DNA of 64,000 nucleotides from Candidatus Levybacteria bacterium RIFCSPLOWO2_02_FULL_37_18 (GTDB taxonomy: Bacteria; Patescibacteriota; Microgenomatia; Levybacterales; UBA12049), in the NCBI GenBank assembly GCA_001784115.1, contig MFPD01000005.1, positions 7,074 to 71,073 of the forward strand, written 5' to 3'. The notes under the pieces are model-generated. The model ran no database searches and had not been told where the DNA came from. It saw nothing but the letters and a program-made list of their open reading frames with translations. Numbering within the stretch: position 1 is the stretch's first letter; the number at the start of each line of letters is the position of its first letter. The position numbers and the translations under genes are program-made. Positions 8,839 through 20,100 of this stretch are shown here, one piece after another.

Positions 8839-8958
8839 AAAATATTAAGGCGCACCAGTAGATGGGCCAAATTCTGACAGCCCCCTCCTATATTAAACTC
8901 TAATCTCTAAACACTAAATTCTAAACAATATCTAAATTACAATTTTTAAAATACCAAA

Positions 8959-9318
8959 TTATTTTGATTTTTCTACAATTGAACCAAATATTTTCATCAA
9001 CTCTAATGATTCACTAATGAGATCTTCTTGTTCTTTTGCATTTTCTGATGAAGGTTCTGTTAATCTTAACCATAATCTAGATTCTTTAGTTTCTTTTTTA
9101 CAAATTTTTACTCTTAAAACAAAGTCTTTTTTACTTAAAGATTCATTTGCTTCTATATAGTTGGCAGCCTGAGAACCTGAAGATCTAGTGAGTTGTTTTC
9201 CATATTCTATGTTAGTCATTGTTCTAGGTAGTTTTTTAACATACTCCCGCACTCTGTGAGCGAACTTAAATGTCCTTTCTTCCAAATCATATGGTTTGTT
9301 ATTTATAGTTTGTGTCAT
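8959..9318 (-). CDS. Four helix bundle protein (23S rRNA IVP-like family)
   Basis: YDLEERTFKFA...QLTRSSGSQAANYIEA...SKKDF...ICKKETKESRLWLRL; heptamer arrays on both flanks (8895-8958, 9319-9360). Confidence 0.92.
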   Translation of the reverse strand: MTQTINNKPYDLEERTFKFAHRVREYVKKLPRTMTNIEYGKQLTRSSGSQAANYIEANESLSKKDFVLRVKICKKETKESRLWLRLTEPSSENAKEQEDLISESLELMKIFGSIVEKSK

Positions 9319-9363
9319 TAGTATTTGTTTCGTATTTAGATATTAGTATTTAGAATTTTCATC

Positions 9364-12300
9364 CTATGGAGCTCCTGTATTCGGGCCGAAGCGGACAGCA
9401 CCATCATTCATAAGGAGTTTTATTTGGGTTGCGGTGAGGGCATAGTTGTAGATTCTGGCATCATCAATCTGGCCACTCATATAGCTTGTGGTAGTAATAG
9501 TTCTTGCACCAATTAACAAGTTTCCTGTGTCTGAGGTGGGGACTGTTCCGCTAAAACTTGCTGAAGCGACTTGCTTTCCATCCAGAAAAACTTTTAGGGT
9601 TGACCCATCAAGAGTACATAGCCCATGATACCAAGTGTTGTTGGATGAAATTACTCCAGTGGCTGTCGCAGTAACATGAGCTGATCCATTAAATACCTGA
9701 CACACGAGATTATTAGTATTTACGTAAAGACGGTAGACGACTCCCCAATGTGGGCTAACGTTTCCTGCTGAATGTTGTTTGTTGAGGATCTGTTGATATG
9801 TGGTGGCATTTGTAGTCCTAAACCATGCTCCGTAACTAGTATTGTTTCCAGGATTTAAGATCGAAGCATTTGCCATACTCACATAATCGTCCGTCCCGTC
9901 AAAGTTTAAAGAATAATTTCTTTTGCCTGTTACACCATTGCCCCAGGCTGTGGAGGAGGTGGGGCAGTTACCAATTGTTGTCTCGCTGCCTCCAGAACCT
10001 ACTGTTAAAGTCCCGGTATTACTATTCCCTGAAGAATCATTAATAACAGTTCCCTGGCATTCATCCATTTTGTAGTAGGCAACAGGAGCCCCTCTATTAT
10101 AATCCCAGGCAACTTGGGCCGCGGAGCGGGCATAGTTATATACTCTTACCTCGTCAATCTGACCATTAACGAACCTGCCATTAGCAGATTCATTTCCAAT
10201 TCTGGTAGTGCCTGTATTGGGAGCATCTGTGGCTGTACCGTTATCATCCTGAACTCCGTTAATATATAGTTTGGTAGCTCCAGCGCCAGTTCCAGATTTA
10301 GTTACTGCTACATGAACCCAAACATTAAGAGGTGGGGCATTGGCTGAAATTATGGTTTTTGTGCCATTAGAATTAGTTTGGAGCTTCAATACTCCTTCAA
10401 CAAAAAAATCAGTAAGTCCCTGCGAGAAAAACGTTTGAATACTTGTGCTACTTATTTTTATCCACGATTCAATTGTAAAAGCAGAACCAAGCAAAGTGGT
10501 AGGTGTAATACTGACAAAATCATCAGTGCCGTTAAAATTGCCGGCTGAACCGTGTTTTCCAGGTTTCCAATGAGGAGTGCCTGTCCCATTCCAAGTTCCA
10601 GTGTAACCATTTCCGCTTGTATCTATGACACTACTGCCACTTTTTTCCTCAAAATCCCATCTGCCAACTGGGGCTGTACAAGTAGTTGAATCTCCAGGAA
10701 TACAATACTCCTGATTTGCTGCATTTGGTTGGTAGGTTGAATTATCTGATAGTGCTCCTAAAACCAGATTAGAACCTCTGTTGTATTCCAGCTTTACCTC
10801 ATCAGCTGTGAGGGGATATGAATATACTTTAAACTCATCAATCTTGCCATCAAAATTAGCTGTGGTAGTACCACCAATTAACAAATTATTAGTATCTGCT
10901 GCTGGCGCACCAGAGCCATCTGTTGAAGTTCCTCTCAAGATGCCATTAATATAAATACTAATCTCATCATCACTATCATCTTCATACACAAGTAATATAT
11001 GGTTCCAGGAAGCAGTAGTAATAGGAGCAGAGATATTTAAGGTGGCATCGGTTGTGGCAAGGTCAAAAGAGGCTTGCACATCTAAATTTGACCCTGATTG
11101 GGAATCTACCCGAAGATAGGTAGTAGTACCTTTTTGAAAGATTTGGCCCACATCCCCTTCGCCATCTGTATCTGTATTAACCCAGGCAGAAAAAGTATAA
11201 GCACTTGTAGTATTAAGATCTATTGCGCTAGAGTTTGTGATAGTTACCACATCATCAGAACCATCAAAGTCCAGGGCTTTATCAAACTTACCAGAGAGTG
11301 AACGGGAAGCTGTTGAGGTTCCATCCAATGTAGTCCCATTACTGCCAGAATTACACACATCATTTGTGCCTCCACTACATCTATTATCTGCTCCTTCGTC
11401 AAATTTCCAGTAGGCAACAGGTCCTCCCCTGGCTCCACCAGTTGTTGATCCTCCACTGCTTCCTGCATATACCCCAGGATGCCCTGCCCCCATGTCTTCT
11501 ATAACTTGTTTTTGGGTCCGGGCATAAGCATACATCTTAAAATCATCAATTTTGCCATCAAAGTTGTCAGTAGTAGTGCCTCCAATTAAAAGATTATTGG
11601 TATCTGCGGCAGGAGCCCCAGAACCGTCAGTACTTGAACCTCTATTTACCCCATCAATATAGATCGTAATCTCATCATCACTGTCATCTTCGTAGGTAAC
11701 TGCAATATGGTGCCAGGTGTTGGTAGTAATGGGGGCGGAGATATTTAAGGTAGCATCAGTTGTGGCAAGATCCAGCTGCGCTTCAACATCAAGGTTTGCG
11801 CCTGATAAGGTATCTACCCGTAGGAAAGTAGTGGCTCCTTTTTGATAGATCTGACCACCCGAACCTTCTCCTGCAGAATCTGCGTATACCCAGGCTTCAA
11901 AGGTATAGGCAGAGTTTGTATTAAGATCTATAGCAGAGGCATTGGTAATAGTATTGACATCATCAGTCCCGTCATAATCCAAGCTTGCGCCAAACTTTCC
12001 TGGTTTCCAGGTAGCACCAGTGATAGTCCCAGTGTTAGCATTTCCAGAAGAATCATTAGCAGAAGTACCAGTTTTTTCATCCATTTTCCAATATCCAACT
12101 GGCCCTGGGGCAAAGTTGTAGAGGGAAGTGCGTTCTGCAGCAGAAAGGACTTTTTTATAAAAACGGACTTCTTCAATTCTGCCGTTCCAAGGTTGTTGAG
12201 AAGTATTCAGTCCGCCAATTACAAAGGCCGAACCGCTGTCTCTTACTCCAGTAGTATGTGCCAGACTATCTACAGTGCCATTGTTGACTTGGATATTCAG

Positions 12301-14154
12301 TGTGTTATTAACCGAATCATGCCAAACCATAATAAAGTGCCAGGTAGATGTTGAAGGACTTCCAAAACTGCTTGCTTCTAAGTTGGTTTGCGATCCCCCA
12401 GAAGGAAAAACTACAAACCTGAAACGATCACTTGATTGAAGATATTGAATGGCAAAATCATAACCAGATCCCGTGTCATTCCACTTACCTACCGCAACAT
12501 GATCGGTTGATTTGGTATCCATATAAACCCATGCTGAAATTGTAAAATCGATATCTCCAGTTGATACAGTTGAATTATCAGCAATACTCAAAGTTTCAGT
12601 ATTTGCAGAAGTAAACTGACCAGCATTACCAAACTTGCCCGGATTAGCTGTGACAGTATTGTTGTCAGTAAGAGTATTACCGTTTCCTGAAGAATCAGAT
12701 CTATTTCCAGATGCTTCATCCATCTTCCAGTAGCCTACTAATCCATCAGAAAGACTAGATTGCTTCGCTCCGCTCGCAATGACGCCGCCGCCGGAGTTGA
12801 AAGAGGAGCCTTCATTATTTGCTCTTGAGTTATAATCAGCCTTGATCTGGTCAGCAGTACGGGCATAGGGGTAGATTTTAGGTTCGTCCACGAAGCCCTT
12901 AAATGGAAAGACTACATTCGAATCATTTTCATTACCATCATTTCGATTTGATCCAATACGTAGCTTACCATTGTTCGAAACGTTCCTAACTGTAAGCCCT
13001 GTCGATGTTTGTCGTAACTTTCCATCAAGGTAAATAAGTATGCTTGTTCCTGTGCGAACACCAGTAATTTGATGCCAATTCGAATCATTAACTGAGTTAG
13101 CACCAATACCAGAATAACTATCACTTACATTTGCTGTATATAAGATAATGTCATTGTTCGTATCGATATATACAGAGTAATCTCCGTTCGTATAAGAAGT
13201 AGTGTCTTTTTTATTAATAAGATCTTGTCTAGTGCCAAAGTTACCTGTTCTTCTAAACCAAAGTTGAATAGTGAAATCTCCAGTGCCAAGGTCTAGACTG
13301 TTCGCGTCATTTACCTTTACAAAATCATCCGTACCATCAAACAGTAAGCATTTACCAGAGATACACATATCCTCAGTCTGCCAGGTGGGACTATTAGTCA
13401 AGGTGCCGTCGTTGTTGTTAGTTGTTGAATCTTGGGCTGTTGTGCCGGTGCCGTCGTCAAACTTCCAGTAAGCTACAGGAGAAGTTGCTTTTTCTTCAGA
13501 TCCAGCAGAAGCTGCTCCACCTGAGGGGGTAGTGGTAGCATCTGAGAAATCTGCAGCTTGGGTGCCATTTGCAGCAGAAGGGTTACCATAATACATGTAG
13601 ATTAAATTAGAGCCATTAATAATTGATGGCATTAAAACATCAAAATCAGTTGAGGCATCGTCACAAGGTCCTGAGGCTGAGTCCAAGTAATATTTGAGTA
13701 TCTTACCATTAGGATCAGTAAATCTCACATCTCCACAATCATCCTGAAAAGTAGTTGGTGAACCAGTTGTATCAATATCAAACTCTACTTGAGTAGGTGT
13801 TGAAACAGCAGCATTATGAGTAAAAGTTACAGCTTTTCTAAAAGCCCAATTATCATCAAACCAGGCAGCAGAGACCTTTTTAGGATTTAAAAATATAAAC
13901 CCAATCCCAGTACCGGATAAAATAAGGAAACCAATTAAATAGGTAATGAGAGCTCTCTTGGTTAATTTAATGAAACCTTGTTGAAATTGCCTTTTTGTCA
14001 TTCCCGACCTGATCGGGAATCTATATAAATATTTGTATGGATTCCGTGTCAAGCACGGAATGACAAGGAATCTAGATTGCTTCGCTAGCGCTCGGAATGA
14101 CAGAAAGATTACTCGGAATGACATTGTTTTAACCCTTGACAAAAGTTTGTTCAT
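9364..14154 (-). CDS. Giant surface protein: DUF2341-like domain + six LamG/ConA-like domains (start uncertain)
   Basis: N-terminal TM, AWFDDNWAFRKAVT...DCGDVRFTD (DUF2341-like), repeated PVAYWKFDE/GKFG.AL.FDG/WHHIA/GKIDEFKVY motifs. Confidence 0.85.
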   Translation of the reverse strand: MNKLLSRVKTMSFRVIFLSFRALAKQSRFLVIPCLTRNPYKYLYRFPIRSGMTKRQFQQGFIKLTKRALITYLIGFLILSGTGIGFIFLNPKKVSAAWFDDNWAFRKAVTFTHNAAVSTPTQVEFDIDTTGSPTTFQDDCGDVRFTDPNGKILKYYLDSASGPCDDASTDFDVLMPSIINGSNLIYMYYGNPSAANGTQAADFSDATTTPSGGAASAGSEEKATSPVAYWKFDDGTGTTAQDSTTNNNDGTLTNSPTWQTEDMCISGKCLLFDGTDDFVKVNDANSLDLGTGDFTIQLWFRRTGNFGTRQDLINKKDTTSYTNGDYSVYIDTNNDIILYTANVSDSYSGIGANSVNDSNWHQITGVRTGTSILIYLDGKLRQTSTGLTVRNVSNNGKLRIGSNRNDGNENDSNVVFPFKGFVDEPKIYPYARTADQIKADYNSRANNEGSSFNSGGGVIASGAKQSSLSDGLVGYWKMDEASGNRSDSSGNGNTLTDNNTVTANPGKFGNAGQFTSANTETLSIADNSTVSTGDIDFTISAWVYMDTKSTDHVAVGKWNDTGSGYDFAIQYLQSSDRFRFVVFPSGGSQTNLEASSFGSPSTSTWHFIMVWHDSVNNTLNIQVNNGTVDSLAHTTGVRDSGSAFVIGGLNTSQQPWNGRIEEVRFYKKVLSAAERTSLYNFAPGPVGYWKMDEKTGTSANDSSGNANTGTITGATWKPGKFGASLDYDGTDDVNTITNASAIDLNTNSAYTFEAWVYADSAGEGSGGQIYQKGATTFLRVDTLSGANLDVEAQLDLATTDATLNISAPITTNTWHHIAVTYEDDSDDEITIYIDGVNRGSSTDGSGAPAADTNNLLIGGTTTDNFDGKIDDFKMYAYARTQKQVIEDMGAGHPGVYAGSSGGSTTGGARGGPVAYWKFDEGADNRCSGGTNDVCNSGSNGTTLDGTSTASRSLSGKFDKALDFDGSDDVVTITNSSAIDLNTTSAYTFSAWVNTDTDGEGDVGQIFQKGTTTYLRVDSQSGSNLDVQASFDLATTDATLNISAPITTASWNHILLVYEDDSDDEISIYINGILRGTSTDGSGAPAADTNNLLIGGTTTANFDGKIDEFKVYSYPLTADEVKLEYNRGSNLVLGALSDNSTYQPNAANQEYCIPGDSTTCTAPVGRWDFEEKSGSSVIDTSGNGYTGTWNGTGTPHWKPGKHGSAGNFNGTDDFVSITPTTLLGSAFTIESWIKISSTSIQTFFSQGLTDFFVEGVLKLQTNSNGTKTIISANAPPLNVWVHVAVTKSGTGAGATKLYINGVQDDNGTATDAPNTGTTRIGNESANGRFVNGQIDEVRVYNYARSAAQVAWDYNRGAPVAYYKMDECQGTVINDSSGNSNTGTLTVGSGGSETTIGNCPTSSTAWGNGVTGKRNYSLNFDGTDDYVSMANASILNPGNNTSYGAWFRTTNATTYQQILNKQHSAGNVSPHWGVVYRLYVNTNNLVCQVFNGSAHVTATATGVISSNNTWYHGLCTLDGSTLKVFLDGKQVASASFSGTVPTSDTGNLLIGARTITTTSYMSGQIDDARIYNYALTATQIKLLMNDGAVRFGPNTGAP

Positions 14155-14190
14155 AAAATTGACCAATTTATATTGGTAGTTAAAATAGAA

Positions 14191-17100
14191 TTAATTCACT
14201 ATCCACCAATTAACTTTCAACTTTTCCTCAAGAGCTTCGGGGATGCGGATTTCGAAAGTGTTAGTATTTATTTTTTGGGTTGAAACTGCTGCTGGCGTTG
14301 TGTCGGGCGTGGCAAAAATTAGGGAGTTGGGAGTAAGAGCGGTTGTTTTGATTTGGACAGATGTAAGGCCTGCGCTAATGGTAGCAATTCCGGCGCTTGC
14401 AGAGAGAGCATCTGATGTATCAATCTGTATCTTTACAGTTGTTATAATACCTTTTGTGAACAGATTTCCATTGGTGTCAATAGCCAGGGTGTTAAGGGTT
14501 AAGGGTCCGGTAAGGGTAGATATATTTGCGTTTAGACCATCTATGGAAAGCAATCCTGCTTGAACTGTTCCTGTTATGCCAACATTTGAAAGAAGTGTCC
14601 TGCCCAAAACAGTCAGCGTACCGGAGAGGGTGGCAGATTCAGAAAACTCAGAACGACTCAGAAGGTCAGAAATATCTGATGATCTGATATTCAGACTACC
14701 TGATTCACTGGATATCTGAGTATTCCGAGTATTCTGAATTGCCGTAAGGCTTGCGACTTTTTCTTCCAGGCTTGCAAGGCGGACAAGCATACTGCTTATG
14801 TCATTGCGAGGAGCGGAAACACCTCCGAGGTGTGCTTCTGCTGGAACTTCACCTCGGAGGTGAGCGCTATTACTCGCAGTGACAGAGAAGGTGTCGGATA
14901 GTGCGATATCGAGATCCCCGCTTCCGGTGAATTGAATATTCGGATCATACCACGATACTCCCAAAAGCGTATTCACCCGATCTTTACCTTCCGAATCTTC
15001 CAGCGCTCTTCCCACCACCCATCCTTTTTTAGTGGCTTTTTTTGCAACTCCGGGTGTAGAACTATATGTCAAAAAATCTCTTGGTTTTAATGTTCCGGAC
15101 TGGGTTGATACTTTAACTCGTAATTGTCCTGTCAGCCCGACCAGAACATAATTATCATCATTTTCATGCCCGCCGGCTCCGACAAATCCGGCCTGGTCAG
15201 AAAAAATACCGAGTATTTGATTTTCTTTCTCCGAACACTTAACTGCCCCGCCATCTTCATCCAAGCAAATGAGATCCCCGGGACTCATATTTGTGTCAAT
15301 TAGTGTTCCATCGCTATTTGTGGTATTTCGTGTTTTTCTAAAGTATTCTGCAAAGTCTCCGCCGTTGGTGTCGTATGTCACACTATTTTGGGTTCCATTT
15401 CCCCGTATTTTTCCTGCGATACTGCTGTTGCCGGTTAAGAATGCCACAAAATAATTTGTGGTTGTTGGAGTAAGGGTTCCGACTTTAAGCGCTAAGACAT
15501 CCGCATCTGAATTAACAGAAGAATTGGAAATAAAAGCAGAAACAGTGGCATTATTTGTTCCTTCTGCCAAAATGGCATAATTGGTTGTCGCTCCGGAAGC
15601 AGAAGCGTACAAAGCAACATTAGTCGATGTCGTTCCAGTGTTTGTTACATCAGAGTAGAGGCCATAAGCGGTGTGGGAGGCATTAGCATTTGCACCAGAA
15701 CGAGATAGATTGATTAACTTTGAATTGCCTGATGCTCCTCCTGTTGTAGCAGTAGAGGCGATATCCAGTCCTGTTCCAGTGGTTAATCCATCAACAGATA
15801 AAGACATAGTATTAGCAGTGGATACTGAATCTGCAGTTAAACTCCAGGGAGAAGTAGTAGTACCTGTGAATGTTTGAGAATATGTTCCTTGTCCTGAGGT
15901 TAAAGCTACAGCTCCAATTGATAATAATCCATGGGTAGTGCCTGTTGCTCCAGTTAAAGCAGAAGTTGTTGAAGTATCAGACGCACCATTACCACCTCCA
16001 CCTCCGGATGCCACAGAAGCAGTATTTCCAGCTGAACCATTACCATTTCCACAGCCAGTTGTACCAGAACCAGCAGGATTACCAGCACCTCCACCACCAC
16101 CATAACTATAGGTAACACAACTACCACCATTACCTCCAGCTCCCACAGTGGTATTAGCACTGCCCCCTGTGACAGTCACAGTACCAGCAGTCACTGTACC
16201 CCCATTTAACCAAGCTGTGCCTCCAGCTCCTCCGCCTCCGGGAGCAGCCCCGGCTCCACCACCACCTTGGTTGACACCACCATCTCCAGCTCCTCCATCA
16301 CTACCGGCATTTCCTCCCACAGTCACGGTTCCTGAATTGGAGATAGTACCTGAGGTGTTTATCACAATAATACCTCCACCAGCTCCACCAGCACCACCTG
16401 TACCACCTGCGCCACCGGTTGAGCTGGCATAACCCTTACCCCCACCTGCGCCACCCCCACCCCCACCCCCACCAGATCCCATTACTATTCTTAAGGTAAT
16501 GGTGGGAGTGCCAATAGCTGAAGCTGCGCTACCTGCAGAGCCAATTGCTCCAGTGCCACCAGCAACAGCAGGAGAATTTCCTCCATTAACTGCACTTCCA
16601 GCACCCCCGTCTGTTCCAGCAGTAGCATTACCTCCGCCTGCTCCCATGCCGGCAGTTCCACCAGCACCTGATCCTCCAAGACCGCAGCCTCCTCCTGACC
16701 CTCCATCAATACCGCCGGCATTAGTGGCCACCCCACCTCCGCCTCCTGAAGCTGGTCCATTCCCACTGCTGCCGGCAGTTCCTGATCCGGCAGTTCTGCT
16801 CCCTCCGCACTCAGTTGTTCCTCCCGCTCCTCCGGCCCCGCCTGATCCTCCTGTATATCCTTTTCCAGCCATAGTGACAGTTCCGCCTGGGTTAATGGTA
16901 ACAGTGCCATTTGTCTCAAACCATAATATTCCTCCTACTCCTGTTGAGGTTGACCAGGCTGGGGCTGTTAATGTTCCAGTACCTGTGACTGTGACTGATG
17001 AATATTGAGGAACTCTGACTACCTGGAAACAGGCAGTATCAGAAGAGTTACATCTGTTAACTGTGGTTTGGGTATAGGTGTTATCTAAATTGCTGTCTAC

Positions 17101-20100
17101 TGTTATTTGAGTGGCGGAATCGACAGAGCTAATATACTTTTTATCGTATAATCCTACATTAGCAGTAGTTCCATGTTTCATCTGCATGATTAAGACTATG
17201 TCATTGGCAGTAAGTCCTGTGGTTGAGGCAACAGTCACTGCTTTTTGACCTGAGGAAACAGTCCCGGAAGTAGCTCCTGTGGTAGCTGTGGAATTAATAG
17301 TGGTTGACCCAGACACAGATAAGGCTCCATCAGAGTTGATCCCCGATGGAGGATCAGCTTCAGTTGTATCAATTCTTCCAACATTAGTTCCAGTTGAGTT
17401 TTGGAAATAGATTCCGGAATTATTACCATCACCAGAGGTAGAACCAGTTGCCCTGACATTCGTGTTGTTATTAATTCCAGCAAAGTAATTATTTGCTAAA
17501 AGCGCACCATTATTAGTAAGCCGAAGTTGTGTAACTCCTGATGAACTTGCTGTTAGTAAATCGCCTGTTGTATTGTCTATCTGAAAAGCTGCCCATGATG
17601 TTCGGGCAGAGATACTTGCAACAGGCTGGGTACCGGACTGAGCAGAACCGTACATGTGGAATGTTGCAGCTGAGGTTGATGTTCCGCCAATTAAAAGATC
17701 CTGGGTGACGATGCTAGGCGATAGAGTCCCGCTTGCTTGATTCCAAAGGTTTAATAATTGTGAACCATTGGAATAAATTGTCTGGCCGTAGATATTTCTA
17801 AATTGCACGCTTGAAGTTCCCAAATCAGTTACGTTGGTAGTATTGGGTCTGACAACTCCAGCTGCTCCAGCATTTGAGGGGTTAAAAAGTATATCACCGG
17901 TGGTTGAACCGCCAATGGTTAGGGTGTTGTTTGCTGTTGTCTGGATAGAACTTGCGCCTGTTCTAAAATTAAGACTTGATGAGACTGATGCAGCTCCGGC
18001 TACATCGAGTGCTGCTGTTGGAACTCCTGTCTGGATTCCTAAATTCCCTGCATTTGTCAAAACAAGCCGGGTTGTGCCAGAAGCTGAGGCTGTGAATATG
18101 TCTGTGCTTTCGGTCTGGTTAAAAATTGCCAAAGCTTTTCCTAACACGCCGCCTGCTTCATTAACACCTGAAGTTAAATAAAATGTGCCGATATTAGCAG
18201 GCGGGTAAGCGCCATTCCCGCCAACAACAAGTTGCGCAGCAATTGTTGCAGCTTTATTTATCACAAAACTTTCTGCACTTACGATTACACTGCCTTTATT
18301 GTAAGCAGCCAAAGTTAAATCAGTTGAATTAAATACTTCGCCTGCTTGGATATAAAGGGGTGCTTGGGATTTGATAAAATTAGAAGTTGGGTTTGTAAAT
18401 ACAAGATCATACGCAAGACTTACATCTCCGGGAGCTGTTTCAGATAATGGTAGGGAAGTGGTAATACCTGTTTCTGATATGGCAAAAATAGATGAGCCCG
18501 AATCCAGAATATTAAATAAGTTGCCTGTGGTTGTGCCATTTGAGCCAATATTTAAAGCAAACAAATCTCCGGTTGCAGTTGTTGAAGACCCCGGCGACCA
18601 GTCGATATTAACAAATGTTCCCACCCCTGCTGTTCCGGTAAGCGATGTAGCAGTTGAGCGAATATCAAGAAGGGTTCCTGTAGTTAAGGTATTTGAAGAG
18701 CCTGTTGAGAGCTGGGCAAGCTTGCCTGTGGTTAATGATGAAGAACTTTCGTAAATTCCTGTTCCTGATGTTAAGGAATTTCCGGTAAAGACCCATGAGC
18801 CTGAAGTGGTTGTTCCGGTTGCATTTGAGGAAGTAAATGTCTGAGCGCCTGTGCCTGATGTAAAATTCAAAGCAGTAGCAGAGGTTGAATTACCAATTGT
18901 AATATTTCTTTGCGTTGCATCATTGCCAATATTAATGGTGCCTGTTGTTGTACCGCCAATGGTAAGAGTATTCATCTGAGTGGTTTGAATGGTGCCTGTC
19001 CCATTTCTAAAGTTGAGTGAACTGGAAATGCTGGCTGTGCCTGCTACATCCAACATGGCAGTGGGAAGAGGTACATTTCCAATTCCAACATTTCCGTTGT
19101 TTCGGATAACAAACTGCGGGACACCGGATGAGGAAGCGGTAAAGAGTGGACCAACACCTCTGTTGTCAATTTGAAATCCTGCAAAAGAGGTATTGGCTGA
19201 TACAGAAGCTGCTGGTTGTGTGCCACTTTGAGCTACTCCATATACGTGGAATTGAGCGGATGAAGAGGAGGTTCCGCCAATTAATAAATCAAGAGTGTTA
19301 TTTCTTTGGTTTAAAGCGCCGCTTGTAATATCAAACACACCACCGCCGTAAGTTGGCGAAATAACGCTTCCTTGCCAGACGCCTGTACTAATTGTTCCAA
19401 CAGAAGTCAAGGATGAACTTACAACAGCAGTTCCCAAAGTAGTTGCAGAGAGAACATCAGTTGCGTTAATTTGATAGGTTTTGCCGGTTGATAAGTTCAT
19501 GGTGCCGGTATTTAGTACTGTTCCCGAACCATTTAAAGGAGAAAGGGTAATATTGCCGGTTGTACTTCCTCCAATAGTTAGAGTATTGTTTCTTACAGAT
19601 TGGATTGAACCATCTCCCGAAAGAACCAATGCCTGTCCTGAAGCGTTTTGTGCTGACACAGATGCGGTAGGAGTGCCTGTTCCATTAAGATTTAACACTG
19701 CAAATTTTGAAGAGGAAGTTGCATTGCTGCCAAGTAAAAGATCTGCGGTTGTTTGGGTGGTAAAAAGCGAGCCACTGCCAATTTGCCAAAATCCAACAGT
19801 TCCTGAAGGCCCGGAAATGAGATTACCATTCAAATACAGATTTCGCCACATTAAAGCAGATGAGCCAAGATCAACTGCATTATTGGTAGATGGTGCTACA
19901 AAAGAAGCTGAAGTGCCATTGGCAGGAGCAAGCAAAATATTTCCGGTTGAACCACCGCCAATGGTAAGGGTTTGATTTTTGGTTGTCTGGATATTTCCTG
20001 CTGCATTTAAGGTTAGATCTCCGGAAACAGATGCTGTGGGAGTGCCACTATTGACATTGATGAAAGCAAATTTTGCTGAAGATGAAGAAGTGCCGCCGAT

